From the NCBI GenBank assembly GCA_951406725.2, contig OX597818.1, forward strand, positions 79,484,001-79,548,000: DNA of 64,000 bases, written 5' to 3'. Positions 40,053 through 54,060 of the stretch are shown in pieces (position 1 is the first letter of the stretch; each line of letters opens with the position of its first letter). The DNA is from Octopus vulgaris (taxonomy: Eukaryota). Under the pieces are notes generated by a model, which was not told the origin of the DNA, ran no database searches, and worked only from the letters and a program-made list of their open reading frames with translations. The translations under genes and the position numbers were made by a program.

Positions 40053-40055
<3 letters not shown>
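38905..40055 (+). mobile_element. Non-autonomous Helitron-like element with internal tandem duplication and cargo
   Basis: 5' A|TCTTTATATATATAAAA + TGTCTGT tract; about 140-bp duplication (38957-39092 / 39102-39240); 3' GC hairpin GACCCGGCAACGACGGGTC (40027-40045) followed by ..TGCTA|T. Confidence 0.65.
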
Positions 40056-40103
<48 letters not shown>

Positions 40104-40123
40104 GTATATACATATATATATAT

Positions 40124-40287
40124 ACGACGGGCTTCTTTCAGTTTCCGTCTACCAAATCCACTCACAAGGCTTTGGTCGGCCCAAGGCCATAGTAGAAGAC
40201 ACTTGCCCAAGGTGCCACGCTGTGGGACTGAACCCGGAACCATGTGGTTGGTATGCAAGCTACTTACACGCAGCCACTCCTACGCCT
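40124..40287 (-). mobile_element. SINE family B 5' half
   Basis: CGACGGGCTTCTTTCAGTTTCCGTCTACCAAATCCACTCACAAGGCTTTGGTCGGCCC..GGGACTGAACCCGGAACCATGTGG..CAGCCACTCCT.CGCC. Confidence 0.85.
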
Positions 40288-40897
40288 ATATAAGCAATGA
40301 AAACGTAAAATAAATGAAATAACTAAAGCCTGAGAAACACTGAAATCTCTTGGGGAGCTTTGCCGCAGCTCTTCTTCTTGAGGATTATAACTGGTGTGGT
40401 TCTTCGGTCGTTTGATAGAATGTCTTGCAGTATGTAGAATGTCTTTCAGTAAAGGTTAACTGAAGAGACACCAGCCTGTCAAGGCGAACAATAGAAAAGC
40501 TTTGAATTGAATTCATTTGCATATGCAAATGCTGAAGACAGAGTCAATTCTTGAAAGACTTTAGCACTCTTTTACATTTGTTGAAAAGTAGAGTATTTGG
40601 CGTCTAGCATGTTAAGTTAGAGGTTTCTGTGCAGCAAAATATACCTCATTTACGGTGATAATGTCACAATCTGGCCACTAGGGAAGTCTTCCTTTGTGCA
40701 TGAATCCAATACTTCATTACACCACACAACAATTATGCCTGCTACGTTTTAATACAAAATTAACTGCAATACTTACATCCATAATTCTGTGTTACCTACA
40801 TATAGGACTGAGACGGCTATTTCCTACGGCATCCTTGTTTCGCTCAATTTGTCTTTTCCTAATCACTGTAGATCCTTCACATTCTGTTTGCATTTAG

Positions 40898-41018
40898 TGA
40901 ATATACCGCAAGCATCAAATTAGTCCCACATATTAGACGACGTCTTTCTTCAAAAGTGGATCAGCGGAATACGATGACTATGGCAAACTCACGGCTAAAC
41001 GCGTTTAAATTAGAGTAA
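40898..41018 (+). CDS. Weak candidate exon of an unknown gene
   Basis: Pyrimidine-rich acceptor ..TTCTGTTTGCATTTAG, then open frame EYTASIKLVPHIRRRLSSKVDQRNTMTMANSRLNAFKLE*; no homology recognised. Confidence 0.22.
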
Positions 41019-41509
41019 CCGTCTCTTAAATAAGTTGCCTAACGTGTACAAACAACTCGTAACGGCTAATCATATTTAATGGAGATCTATAATTGTAATG
41101 CTGCTCTGATGTTCAACCTAGTGACACTTCAGTTTCCTAGTGCTGCTGTTGATGTGTATTTATCGATCAGTTATAACTTCACCGTCATTCCTTTAAGGCG
41201 AAGAACAGGCAAAGTTGTTAGTTCAAATCCCGCTAAAGTCAACTTTGCCTTTCCTCTTTTCTTGGTCGATGAAAAAATATATCAATTCAGAGAGGGTGAT
41301 CGATGGAGCTGTCAGAGAGTCAGGTTAGATGCGTTGTGCTATATGTTCCACCTTTCTGCGATTCTGACTGTAATGCCAGCAACAAAAGCTAGCTCAAGCT
41401 GTCAGCTAGACTTCGTTCGACGAAATTTCGACTTCAAAATCACTGACACTCCTCTTCTAAAAGTAAGCTTAACATGTACTTTGTAAAATGCGCCGAATAT
41501 TTTTTGGCA

Positions 41510-41552
<43 letters not shown>

Positions 41553-41553
41553 T

Positions 41554-41624
<71 letters not shown>

Positions 41625-41649
41625 ATATACATATACATATGGCGCATGA

Positions 41650-41989
41650 AGGCGCATGGCTCAGGGGTTAAAATGTCAGACTCACAATCGTGAGGTTGTA
41701 AGATCCATTCCCGGACCAAATTTTATGTTGTGCTCTTGAGCAAGACACTTTATTTCACGTTGCTCCAGTTCACTCAGATGTAGAAATGAGTTGCAACGTC
41801 ACTGGTGCCAAATTGTATAGGCCTTTACATTTCCCTTCGATAACACCAGTGGCGTAGAGAGGAGAGGCTAGTATGCATGGGCGACTGCTGGTCTTCCATA
41901 AACAACTTTGCCCAGACTTGTGTCTGGGAGGAGAAATTTCCAGATGCAATCCCATAGTCTTTCATAACCGAAGGTGGTCTTTACCCTTT
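41650..41989 (+). mobile_element. SINE family C head with a different 3' tail
   Basis: GGCGCATGGCTCAGGGGTTAA..TTGAGCAAGACACTTTATTTCACGTTGCTCCAGTTCACTCAG. Confidence 0.7.
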
Positions 41990-42048
<59 letters not shown>

Positions 42049-42073
42049 AGAGGGAGCGGGAGAGAATGAAAGC

Positions 42074-42166
<93 letters not shown>

Positions 42167-43570
42167 TTTGGGTGATTGATTGATTGATTGAAATTATTGA
42201 TTGATAGAAATGTTAAAATGTTGCTATAGGAAACCATAAATGCCATTGGAATTCCAACAAAACCGGATCTTGGAAATCTATTTGCAATTTAGTAGTAATT
42301 TCATATCATTACAAAAAACAAATGTACTGATAAATTGTGAATACAGCGTCGAAATCCGGTTGCGAAAGTCTATGTAATGCCAAGAAGTAAACTAATCACA
42401 CCAATGGCAGTGCTTCATGATGGTAAGTGCCTCAAGGCGGAACAAGTAAAAATGAAAGTAACACGCGCAATCACAATAACGAAGGGAAAATAAGTCTTTA
42501 ATTGTATACAGATATCAAACCTCGAAATTTTTCTAAAGAAACAATAGAATACGTCTTATCTACCTTTTTGAGTAGTTGCTAGACCACAATAAAACACACA
42601 CAATCAAACAAACAAGATAAAAGGATTTAAGCAGTATTCTATGTGTTTTTATATCGCATGTATATAGACCATTTCCCATGAGTACTTGAAATGAAATTTT
42701 AAATCATAGCTGGTATAAACTATAACAAAAGACCAGCAGGAGGCCCGAGCAAGTTTATATCTTAGACGAAAGCTTACCTCAATGCAACCCAGGAGTAATT
42801 AATCTTTGCAAATTTTAAAATGCTACATTTGTAAGCGATGGAAAACTAAAACCGAAGACAATAGTGTTGTCATTATCAATTTTGAACGAATGTCCTCTCG
42901 ATGTAATCTTTACAACATGCAACATGTGGTAGCCAGAGTAAAGTAGAATAAAGTAAGAAATAACAACGAATAATGAAGAACATATTCAGACGATAGACCA
43001 AAATAAAATTGGTGGAACGTACAATTTTAAACATAACTGACCTAATATTGTTGCGGTTTGAATCCAAAACTAAAAACATGCATAGTTGAAGAATTCAGCC
43101 GCCCGCTTCTTATCGGCGTGTATCAAAAATGTAGAGAAAAGATCTGGAATGGAAAAAATAAATGTAAATTTATCAGGATATAGTATGTTAGATAAGTATT
43201 GTTTGTGAATATAGTAAAAACATACAGTATTACGCTAGGAACATACAGTGTTTATCGTGATAGGTTTGAGACTTCAAGATAGGAAAGTGATTTTTATAAG
43301 GATTGTATTATCGATTTTTGTCAGAAAGTTCTCAAGGAAGTTATAAATACACCAAGTATATTGACATCGGCATAGAAACAAACCTGATAGTAAAACCAAA
43401 GCCAACTACCCGCAGGAAAAAAATTATCAGTCGCCTGCAGTCGGAATGCAATATCCTTAATCACGTCCTGTCATCTGATGCAACAGCCTCCCTGAGCCTA
43501 TAAACGTACATGCATACCTATAAACGTACATGCATAAGTATAAGCATTTATGCATTCATATAAACATAAT

Positions 43571-44435
43571 CCAGCATGAATCCAGCTTCATGTTGGCAGT
43601 GTCTGCAAGAAAGGCACGACTGGGGAGGATCCTGGTGAAGAGCTTGCCCGGGATGCAGAGGAGGGTGATGCCTCTGTGGTTGCTGCAGACGAGTTTGTCG
43701 CCCTTCCGTTTCCAGAAGGGGAGGATGATGTCTCGGGTCCAGTCATTTGGGAGTCACTCTGACACCACACATAGTTGATGACGTGAGTGTGTCACTGGAT
43801 AATGTTTTCTCCACTTACCTTCAACATCTCCGCGGTGATAATGCAGACTCTAGGGGTTTTGCGGTCGCTGAGATTTTTCAGGGCGGCACAGACAGCTCTA
43901 TCTCCTCGAATACGAAGCTCCGCATCTACAATGCACCGGTCATCTCCATCCTCCTCTTTGGAGCAGGAAATTGATCCTTATTGAAGTGGCCCGGTAAAGA
44001 GAATCGATGTCTCCAGTAACAGATCTCTGAGAACGGTCGTGGACATCAGATGATACCATCATGTTTACAAGAAAGAACTGCGTCCACATATACATAAACC
44101 TGCAGCATTCCACCTTACTGTGCTGTGCTGGTATAGACATTTCCTCCGTTTCCCGCCAAATCATCTTAACAGGACCTTGCTATCATTTGACGCAGCAGCT
44201 GTGGGGTGGAAGAGGCCATATGGCAGGCCTCACACCAGATGGCTGGAAATGTTAAAGGATGATGTCAAGAGGCTCGACGTCACCTTGGAGGATATAGAGG
44301 AGTTAGCACGGGACCGTCAGAGATGGACAGCACTGGTGGAGCTGGTCAGCTCTACGTAAGATGGTGTCTCTTAAACCCCCTAACCTGTGATGATCCCAAC
44401 ACCATCAAGAAAGCGCGTGAAACAAGCGAACAAGT
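43571..44435. mobile_element. RTE-clade LINE with inverted 5' segment and 13-bp TSD
   Basis: Minus strand 43600-43750: DWTRDIILPFWKRKGDKLVCSNHRGITLLCIPGKLFTRIL; plus strand: TKLRIYNAPVISILLFGA and WKRPYGRPHTRWLEMLKDD..ARDRQRW; ATATAAACATAAT at 43558-43570 and 44436-44448. Confidence 0.88.
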
Positions 44436-44447
44436 ATATAAACATAA

Positions 44448-44486
<39 letters not shown>

Positions 44487-45237
44487 CCATACATATACAT
44501 TTGCAAACACACATACTTACAAACCTACATATTCATATGCATACAAACATACATGCTTAAACACATTCAAACATACTTATCTATATGCTAATATACTAAC
44601 GTGTATACATATGTGTGTGTGCGCGTGTGTGTATGTACATATTATCAAGCATACATACATAGATACAAACGTACATACATACATAGATACAAAAGTATAT
44701 ATCCACATACAAACATAGAACATTCGTAATACATATACATAAACCCGTTTATGCACACTCACGTATATGCTTGTACATATGTACATCTATATAAATACAC
44801 ATATACAAGCAAGCATTGTACAGATCTACATATATACACACGCACACGCACACATATATTTTTATATATACACATATCTTTCCATACATATATACATTTA
44901 TAGTCATATACATATACATACATTTATACGCATCTACACACATATATACGTACACACATTCATGTACATAGATATACAAATAAGCATTCATATATACAGG
45001 CATTCATACATACATAGATTTATACACATACACATACGTATTCACGCATTTTTGCACATGAACACACACACATACAACACACATTAGATACATTATTGTC
45101 CGTTTACTTTAATCCATAAATCACTGAGGTGCAAGCAATGTTAGCAGAAACTGTCTGATTTAAAGAAAAGTTAGACTAAGTAAGCGATTATTCCGCCGTG
45201 AAGCAAAACTGTTAATTAATCTGAATAATGCTTTCAG

Positions 45238-45296
45238 GACCCTTAACGGACGCAATAGAAGTTATAGCATGGAAGATATTCATCAGAATTTAACAG
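45238..45296 (+). CDS. Weak candidate small internal exon
   Basis: CTTTCAG| ... CAG|GTAATT; a single open frame TLNGRNRSYSMEDIHQNLT. Confidence 0.28.
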
Positions 45297-46020
45297 GTAA
45301 TTATGCAAGTTGGCTCCCGCAAAATGGAACCTCTTTCATTGAGACTAAACGACGTTGTGTTTGATTTATAGAAAAAAGGTCTTTGAAACTGTCGGAAAGA
45401 AGACACAAACGTAAGAAAAGTATTAAAGCAAGCGGCCACAATTCTTTCTGTTTTTTATTAGATTTCATTTATCATTGTTGCCTTCTTTTCATAGTGTTCG
45501 TTCCTCAGACGCGCATGCGCATTTATCACTTTTTCTTAACATACACAACATGAAAAACAAAACAGCAAAATGGCTACTTTTCAAGATTCTCAAATTTCCG
45601 TTTCTTCTCAAGTTTATTCTATTTCGGTTCTTTTTTCTTTCTTTCTTTTTTTGTTTTTGTCATTTATTATTTTCGTAACTCTTTTTCTTTGTTCTTTTCA
45701 TTCCTTGTCTGGCTACTATTTTTCTTTTTCAGTGTTTCTTTTTCTTTTATATAATATTTTTATTTTCTATAGTTTCTTGTTTCTCTGTTACTTGTTCTAT
45801 AATGAAGATTATGTCGTAAAATTGCCAAATTGTTCGTGATTTATTCCATATGTCAGTGATGATGAATAAAGAGACAGCTTAACACGAATAAAGCTATCGG
45901 AATCATTGTTAACAGCTCTGTTGGAATTAAAACTCTCTTTCGGTTTCACTCTTTCTCTATATATCACTCCTCCCTTTCTCTTATCCTGTCTCTCAATCTT
46001 TCTCTCTTTACACACACACA

Positions 46021-46103
<83 letters not shown>

Positions 46104-46145
46104 CTATCTGTCTATCTATTTATATTTATATATATACACATACAC

Positions 46146-46200
<55 letters not shown>

Positions 46201-46217
46201 TAGAGAGATAATATATA

Positions 46218-46258
<41 letters not shown>

Positions 46259-46316
46259 ATATATATATAGATATATATTTGTGTATATATATGTGTGTGT
46301 GTGTGTGTGTATTACA

Positions 46317-46360
<44 letters not shown>

Positions 46361-46560
46361 ACACACATACACACACACAAACACACATCTTTAGGGATAT
46401 CAGGCATTGAGGTGAATCATCAACTGAAGACAGGCAGCCAGACAAACAGACAAAACAGAGAGACCGATGGAAAGGTGGATTGGAGTGTTTGTGCTTTCAT
46501 AGGCGTTGGTTCGGGCAAGTCGGCTGTTTGGAGGGCAGACGCTGATAGGCGAGCTGCTGG

Positions 46561-46661
<101 letters not shown>

Positions 46662-46957
46662 GAACCAGACAGACAAACAAACAAACACACATAGACACAC
46701 ACACGCACACACACACACACGCACACACACACACGCACACACACATTGATGCAAGAAAAACAAAAGAGAGTGATTGACAAATGTGAGACATACATTATAT
46801 CTATACATGATGACTGATTACGTAGGGATGCCATACACAGAAACATAATAGTAAAGTGCTATCATATTTAATGTAGAAAGAAGAAACATTTCCGTTAACT
46901 GTTATTACCGATGCGTTGAGGAAAGGTAAATATAGGCGTCATAATAAATCTTCTTCC

Positions 46958-47410
46958 CAATTTTTGCACAAGGCCAGCAATTTCGAGGAGAAGGGAGAGT
47001 CAGTTACATCAAACCCAGAGCTCAAATGTTACATTTTTTATCGACCTTGAAAAGATGACAGGCAAAGTCGACCTCGGTGACAGTTGAACTTAGAACCGCT
47101 GAGTATGTTGTCCGACGCCGTAACGATTCTGCTAACTAACCACCTCTATAGGTTCCATAACAAAAGCGACGAGCTGGTAGAATCGTTAGCATGCTGGACA
47201 AAATACTTAGCGGTATTTCGCTCATCTTCCCGTTCTAAGTACCAAACACTGGGGTCGATGTAATCGACTTACTCCTCCACTGAACTTGCTGGTTTTGTGC
47301 CAAAGTAATATAATATGGAGGGTTACTTTGTATGTTAAGTAGCAGTTTCTAATTTAGGCACGTACCTAGTAATTTTTGAGAGGAAAGAGTTAGTCGATGA
47401 TATCGAACCT
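46958..47410. mobile_element. SINE family A cluster (back-to-back copies)
   Basis: Minus copy 46958-47140, plus copy 47165-47305 (GCGACGAGCTGGTAGAATCGTTAGC..CTGGGGTCGATGTAATCGACT). Confidence 0.7.
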
Positions 47411-47711
47411 AAGATTTGGTGTTTAGATATCACCTGCAGAAGGAGAAAATACAATGATGGCCTGAGTCATCATTGCATGAACTCAGATCATAAAGAGATA
47501 AAAAACAATACCGTAGGCATTTTGGCTGACGCTCTAACGGTTTGCCTGTGAGAAGAGCAAACCATACGCTCGAATAATAAAATACATGGTGGGAATACGA
47601 AACATTAATAGTAAGTTTCAGTCTTATAATCCTCCTCGGAGAAGCATAAACTTTTCTATTGCCCACCAGATCTATCTGCCTTTCTCGCTTTAAGTACATT
47701 TCTCTCACTCG

Positions 47712-47744
<33 letters not shown>

Positions 47745-47776
47745 TGTATATATATATGCATGTGTATATATATATG

Positions 47777-47812
<36 letters not shown>

Positions 47813-48072
47813 TGTATGTATGTATGTATGTGTGTATGTATGTATATGTATGTATGTGAATAAAATTAATAATTATATTGCTTATATATATATATTAATA
47901 TATAAATCTATTATATAAATTGCTTATAATTTTTTATCCTATGCTGACTACCTGATAATAATCACTATCGTGATTTTTATCCTTATTTTATGAGTATGTC
48001 TATCTATCTATTTATTTATCTATCTATCTCTCTCTCTCTATATATATATATATATGTATATATATATACATA

Positions 48073-48178
<106 letters not shown>

Positions 48179-48202
48179 AGGGATGACCATTAAGAGGGAT
48201 GA

Positions 48203-48381
48203 CCATTATGCTAGAAGTAGACCCTTATGGTCTTACCACTAAGAAAGGATTGTTCTCAAGAAAATTTAGCAAACGCCAGAACGTAAGTGTCCTCGCTTAC
48301 GTTCTGGCGTTTGCTAAATTTTCTTGAGAACAATCCTTTCTTAGTGGCAAGACCATAGACAGTCTACTTCTAGCATAATGG
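48203..48381. repeat. Near-perfect hairpin, about 86-bp stem with 4-nt loop
   Basis: CCATTATGCTAGAAGTAGAC..CCACTAAGAAAGGATTGTTCTCAAGAAAATTTAGCAAACGCCAGAACGTAAGTG-TCCT-CGCTTACGTTCTGGCGTTTGCTAAATTTTCTTGAGAACAATCCTTTCTTAGTGG..GTCTACTTCTAGCATAATGG. Confidence 0.95.
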
Positions 48382-48509
48382 ATGCCCACTTAGTGTCAAC
48401 CGTCTTATATGTACGTAATATATTTTTTCTGAATCTTCAGATTCCTCAATACGCTAGACCACTGGTTTTAAATTGATATTAATCAAATTAACAGTCAATT
48501 TTTCACCCT

Positions 48510-48559
<50 letters not shown>

Positions 48560-48570
<11 letters not shown>

Positions 48571-49610
48571 CAGTTTTAGAGACAGAACCACCTTCAACTG
48601 AATCAACACTGAAATATTTTGTACCCAACCATTCCATAAAATGTTACATATTATACTAACTATATCTATTCTGAATCCCGTATTTCCCGTTTACAAGACT
48701 ACACGTGTTTCATGAAATTACGTCGGTATTGATTAGATACGAGGTATCTATTTTCAATACTTAATTGGGTCGACATGCTCCCAATCGTCAGGTCTAGATT
48801 CCTCAACATTTTTCACTAACCCAACGTCTTATATACCTCCATGATACTCTATATCATCAATATAATTTTACTTAACATATACAAATAAATAGAAATACAA
48901 ATAATAAATAAAAATAATAACTGAATATTAAAAATTTAAGGAGTAAAAGTTTTACTCCTTAAATTGTTGTAGTTGTTGTTGGTGGTGCTCGTATTGTTTT
49001 TCGTTTCCCTTGTGCTGAAGTCCTCTGGTAGTTGATATTCCGACAATCCCGTCCATATTGTTCGCGTATTTATGTTGATTCTTACCATGCTGAGATTGTT
49101 GCTGTTTTATGCACTTGAGTTTGTTGTTAGAGTGTTTGTTACACGCAGGGTTTACTCGGCAGTATTCTTGTTGGATATGTGTCATGAATCTGTTTCTTTC
49201 GTGTGGTGTAGTGGTGTTTTCGGTAGGATGCTTTCGTTTCTAGTACTGGTTGATTTCTTTGTATATTTTCTTTTTGATCTTTTGTAACATCGTGTGTTTT
49301 AGTTTTCTTGCTTGATGTTATGTATGTCCAAGCCGTTTGACAGCCGAATTAGCAGATTTCGTGCATAGCCTGGAGAAGATGCATGCTTTAATGAAGTGGA
49401 CCTGACGGGTAGCTATTTTGATTTTTAGACATCAGATCACATTGTCTTTCAGCGTCTTCCTAGCTTGACCAAAGCTTATTTCATTTCGTTTTGGCCTTTG
49501 GTTTGCAAGATTCTTTATATGAATTCGTGTATTGAAGCATATTTTATTGTCTTGGGAGTGTCGTTCTATTTTAATGCCTTATTAACACACTCTACTGGTT
49601 GGTTTTTCAC
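48560..49610 (-). mobile_element. Putative internally deleted Penelope-like element
   Basis: Hammerhead near the 3' end; decayed coding-like KIKIATRQVHFIKACIFSRLCTKS near the 5' end; 5' region homologous to 12817-12930; bounded by (TA)n at its 3' end. Confidence 0.5.
48694..48797 (-). ncRNA. Type I hammerhead ribozyme motif with branched helix II region
   Basis: Minus strand AGAC CTGACGA ...73 nt... GAAAC ACGT GTA GTCT; helix I AGAC/GTCT, palindromic ACGT loop; inner hairpins TTGGG..CCCAA and TAGATAC-CTC-GTATCTA. Confidence 0.68.
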
Positions 49611-49982
49611 TCAGTTACTTATATAGTTTCTTAAAAATTCTCGTTGCTTCTTGCAACCTCTTTAATAGGCGTTGACTTTGTCCGTTATCGGAGCTGCTTT
49701 CTTTTTGTTTGTTTGTTTTTTTGTGCGCATGTGTGTGCGTCAGTGTACATGTGTATACACATATGTATGTGTGTATATGTATGTATTCATGTACGCATGT
49801 ATGTATATATGCGTGTTCGTGTGTATGCATATATATATATATATATATATGTATGCATGTATGTACGTTTGTATGTAAATATTCTGCATATTCATGTGTC
49901 TCTGTGTTCATATATATATATAGACGTGTAGACGTGTGCATGTATGTGCGTGTGTGCATGTTTATGTAAACGTATATGTGTA

Positions 49983-50020
<38 letters not shown>

Positions 50021-50299
50021 TACACATACATGTATGTATGTATGTATGTATGTATGTATACACGCAATGACATTCAATGTAAATACATATTCATATAGCC
50101 ATACATACGTCCATATCCATTGTAGGTAGCGATCTGGGGAAGCACCCAATAGAAACGTGGAGTGAAGTAGTTTTATTTGAACCAATCTAATGATTTCTAA
50201 CTAACCGCCTTCTTCCTGTGTCCCTCCTCTATTTTTTTGTTTTCTGTTATGCACACCCAATTTCTTCTGTCACTCCTACTACAATTTTCTTTTATTTCA

Positions 50300-50338
50300 T
50301 TCCTTTGATGAAAGACTGACGTCTGAAACGTCTGGGGA
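50300..50338 (+). ncRNA. Degenerate minimal hammerhead motif
   Basis: TTGATGA (C3->U) A AGAC TGAC GTCT GAAAC GTC; same layout as 22171-22205. Confidence 0.4.
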
Positions 50339-50497
50339 GTTAATCCCCTTTCTTTTTCAAGTGAGGCGTGAAACTAATACCGTATTTGTCAGACATCGTT
50401 CTTTTCGTGTTGTTTTATTATTTTATATACTCTCTCACTCCTTCGCTCTCTTTCCCTCTATATGTAAAGAAAGACGCAGACAGACAGACAGACAGAC

Positions 50498-50573
<76 letters not shown>

Positions 50574-50595
50574 ATGCAGACAGACAGATAGATAG

Positions 50596-50652
<57 letters not shown>

Positions 50653-50705
50653 TATACATACATACATACATACATACATACATACATACATACATACATA
50701 CATAC

Positions 50706-50800
<95 letters not shown>

Positions 50801-51249
50801 TCCTATTTTTCTTTTGATAAATATGCTCTATCACCTACACCACTAACTGGCATATACAGGTGCTTACAGTTATCAAGTATTCACCCTGAATTTTTTGTAG
50901 ATAGATAGATAGATAGATAGACAGACATACAAATTATTCATACAATATATTGTGTTTATAGAATGTTTAATAAAATTTATTTGTTTCAAATATTGTTTTA
51001 CTATTCTCACCATATTTCTGCCGGAAGGCTTACATTTACTCTTATATACACACGTTTGTTCAGAATTCAGATATAAGAAACTCCGAGTAAAGACGAAAAG
51101 AGATCTTTGCCTGAAATGAAAATGATTGATTATACATACAAACGTATGTACATACATGTACGTGCAAGCGAATAAACTAATACACCTGTTTGTTGTTTAC
51201 ACACTCGTCTTCGTCTTTTGCTTTGTATTTTTGTTTTTTTGTAAATTCC

Positions 51250-51311
<62 letters not shown>

Positions 51312-51329
51312 TATATATATATATAGTTG

Positions 51330-51367
<38 letters not shown>

Positions 51368-51394
51368 GGAATTATATATATATATATAGTTGGA

Positions 51395-51427
<33 letters not shown>

Positions 51428-51493
51428 GCATTATAAGCATATATATACTTATATACATATATATGCAAATGTACATAAGTACATGAACACCCA

Positions 51494-51541
<48 letters not shown>

Positions 51542-51601
51542 CACATACACATAAATATATACATACATACTTACAGATACACGTGTGTGCGTGTCTGTGT
51601 G

Positions 51602-51643
<42 letters not shown>

Positions 51644-52795
51644 CATGTGTGTGAATTTTTTTCAAACAATCACATAGCTTGACACTCCTCATGTATGGAA
51701 ATCCGTCTAGCTTCAAATTAACATTTTGATTCTGTTTCTAACAAAAGACTTCCTGAAATTAAATTCTTCTCCCAATTTCACAATGATTGATCTGAAAGAT
51801 TATTAATCTGTAAAACTTTTAAAACTCATGTACCGTTTGTGAAAACGTCGGATATAAGTTGACGTAAGGGGCTCTGAATTGATCTGAGCGACTAACCGGA
51901 TATATTCATTTCCCTTTGCTGTGAAGGCACAACGTGAAATATCCTGCCCACTTCCTCTTGTATAACAATGATAACTAAACTATAGAGCTCAGCCGTGCGT
52001 ATATTCAGTATTATTGACCCGTCGGACGGTCGAACGACCGACTATGGTTGTGGAAGATTGCTGTAATGTTTATCTCGATAAAAGAGATGGCTTGAAATAT
52101 GGTTTTGTGACAATGATAAAGGAACTTTCTTATAGCACATCGACAATTGTTGTTAACAAGGTGAAAGAGAGAGAGAGGGAAAAAGTAGCTGATAAGTTCG
52201 AAGGGTTAGTTCGAAGCTAACTATATGTCCAGCCAGCCATAATGGTTCGAGGAGTTGATGTACGGCTTTGCATGACATTTAAGGTCATATTGCCTTGTGT
52301 GTATGTGTGTTTATGCGTGCATACCCGTTTGTATCTCTGTGTACAAGTGCGTAGACTTGCGTATGAACCTGCATGTACCTTGTATGTGGTATATGTGTGT
52401 TTGTTTCTAAGTTTGACAGACAGAGTAGCAGATATACAGCTTTGTGTGACATTTAAGGTCACATTACTATGTATGTGCATATAATACATAATACATAATA
52501 TATTTAAATACATCTGCACATATATATAAACACACACACACACACACGTATATATATATATATATATATATATACATACATGTTTGTGTGTGTGTGTGTA
52601 TCTGTCTATTTGTGGGTTTGTGTTTGAGAGAGAGAGAACAAAGAGGGAAAGTAAGAGGTTGAGAGATGAAATACAGAAATTACAATCGATTCATCGTCAA
52701 ATCTCAACTGATTCACACTAAACCAGCCAATTACCGATATAATATTAAGTAATATGTTAAAAGAGAAGTTTTAAATATGGCAGCAATACTAATGG

Positions 52796-53217
52796 AAGTG
52801 GTGGCGGTGGTGGTGGTCGTGGTGGTGATCGTCGTCGTCGTTGTTGTTGTCACTGTCATCGCTTTTGTAGTTGTGGTCGTGGTCGTGATTGATGTCGTCT
52901 GGAAGATAGAGTTAGCGTTGGTGATGGTTGCGGTGGTTGTGACAGCAGTGAATTTGCTTGTGTTGTTGTTTTAGTTTGTGGTAGTGGGAGTGAAAATTGG
53001 GAAAGGATGGAGGTGGTGATGATACATAATATATATAACGTTGATGTTGTTGTCATTGTTGTTGTTGGTGGTGGTGGTGATGGTATTGGTGATGGTGGTG
53101 GTGGTGGTGGTGGTGGTGGTGGTGGTGGTGGTGGTGGTGGTGGTGGTGGTGATGGTGGTGATGGTGGTGGTGGTGGTGCTGATTGTGGTGGTGGTGATGA
53201 TACATAATATATATAAC

Positions 53218-53249
<32 letters not shown>

Positions 53250-53430
53250 GGTGGTGGTGGTGGTGGTGGTGGTGGTGGTGGTGGTGGTGGTGGTGGTGGT
53301 GGTGGTGGTGGTGGTGGTGGTGGTGGTGGTGGTGGTGGGTGGTGGTGGTCGTCGTCGTCGTCGTCGTGGTCGTGGTGGTCGTGGTGGTGGTGGTGGCGAT
53401 GGTGGTGGTGGTGGTGGTAGTGGTGGTTAT
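52796..53430. repeat. (GGT)n/(GTT)n/(GTC)n trinucleotide microsatellite block
   Basis: Read directly; includes a duplicated GATGATACATAATATATATAACGTTG spacer (~53018 and ~53195). Confidence 0.95.
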
Positions 53431-53486
53431 AGGAATGGTGAGGATGGCAATAGATGTAGTGGTATAGTCATAAATAATCATATTAT

Positions 53487-53761
53487 TAGCGAGCTAGCAG
53501 AATTGTCAGCACGCCAAGCTAAACGCGTAGTGGCATTTCGTTCGTCTTTACGTGTGCTGCTAAGTTCAAATTCTGCCGAGGTCGACATTGCCTTTCATCC
53601 TTTTTAACACCTGGTCCTTACTCTGTTGCTGGACCGCAAGATTTCAGGAACGCAAACAGGCCAATACAGATTCTAAAATAGTGATGGGGGACAAATACGA
53701 GCACAAAAGACAAGAAGACACGCACACACCCAGATATACATGTGTGTGTGTATGTTTGTGT

Positions 53762-53815
<54 letters not shown>

Positions 53816-54060
53816 TAAACTACACATTTCAAATATAAAAAAAAATAGCGAAGATATTTTGAAGACTTTCCGACATACTTCTTGAGAAATAACACCACGA
53901 GACATCTTTTCTTTTTTCTTCTTTATTGGCTTCCAGATACTCACAAGGTCTTGGTCAACCTGAGACTATAGTAGATGACACCTGCCCGAGGGGTCATGCA
54001 GTGGGACTGAACCCGAAATTTTGTGGTCGGGAAGAAAACTTCTTACCACACAGCTACGCC
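53487..54060. mobile_element. SINE fragments: family A (53487-53606, +) and family B (53925-54060, -)
   Basis: AGTTCAAATTCTGCCGAGGTCGAC.TTGCCTTTCATCC; CTCACAAGG..CAGTGGGACTGAACCCG. Confidence 0.65.

Noticed and set aside
42346-42422. Open frame RRNPVAKVYVMPRSKLITPMAVLHD ending at G|GTAAGT
   Set aside because: Acceptor lacks a pyrimidine tract and the phases do not fit neighbouring candidates.
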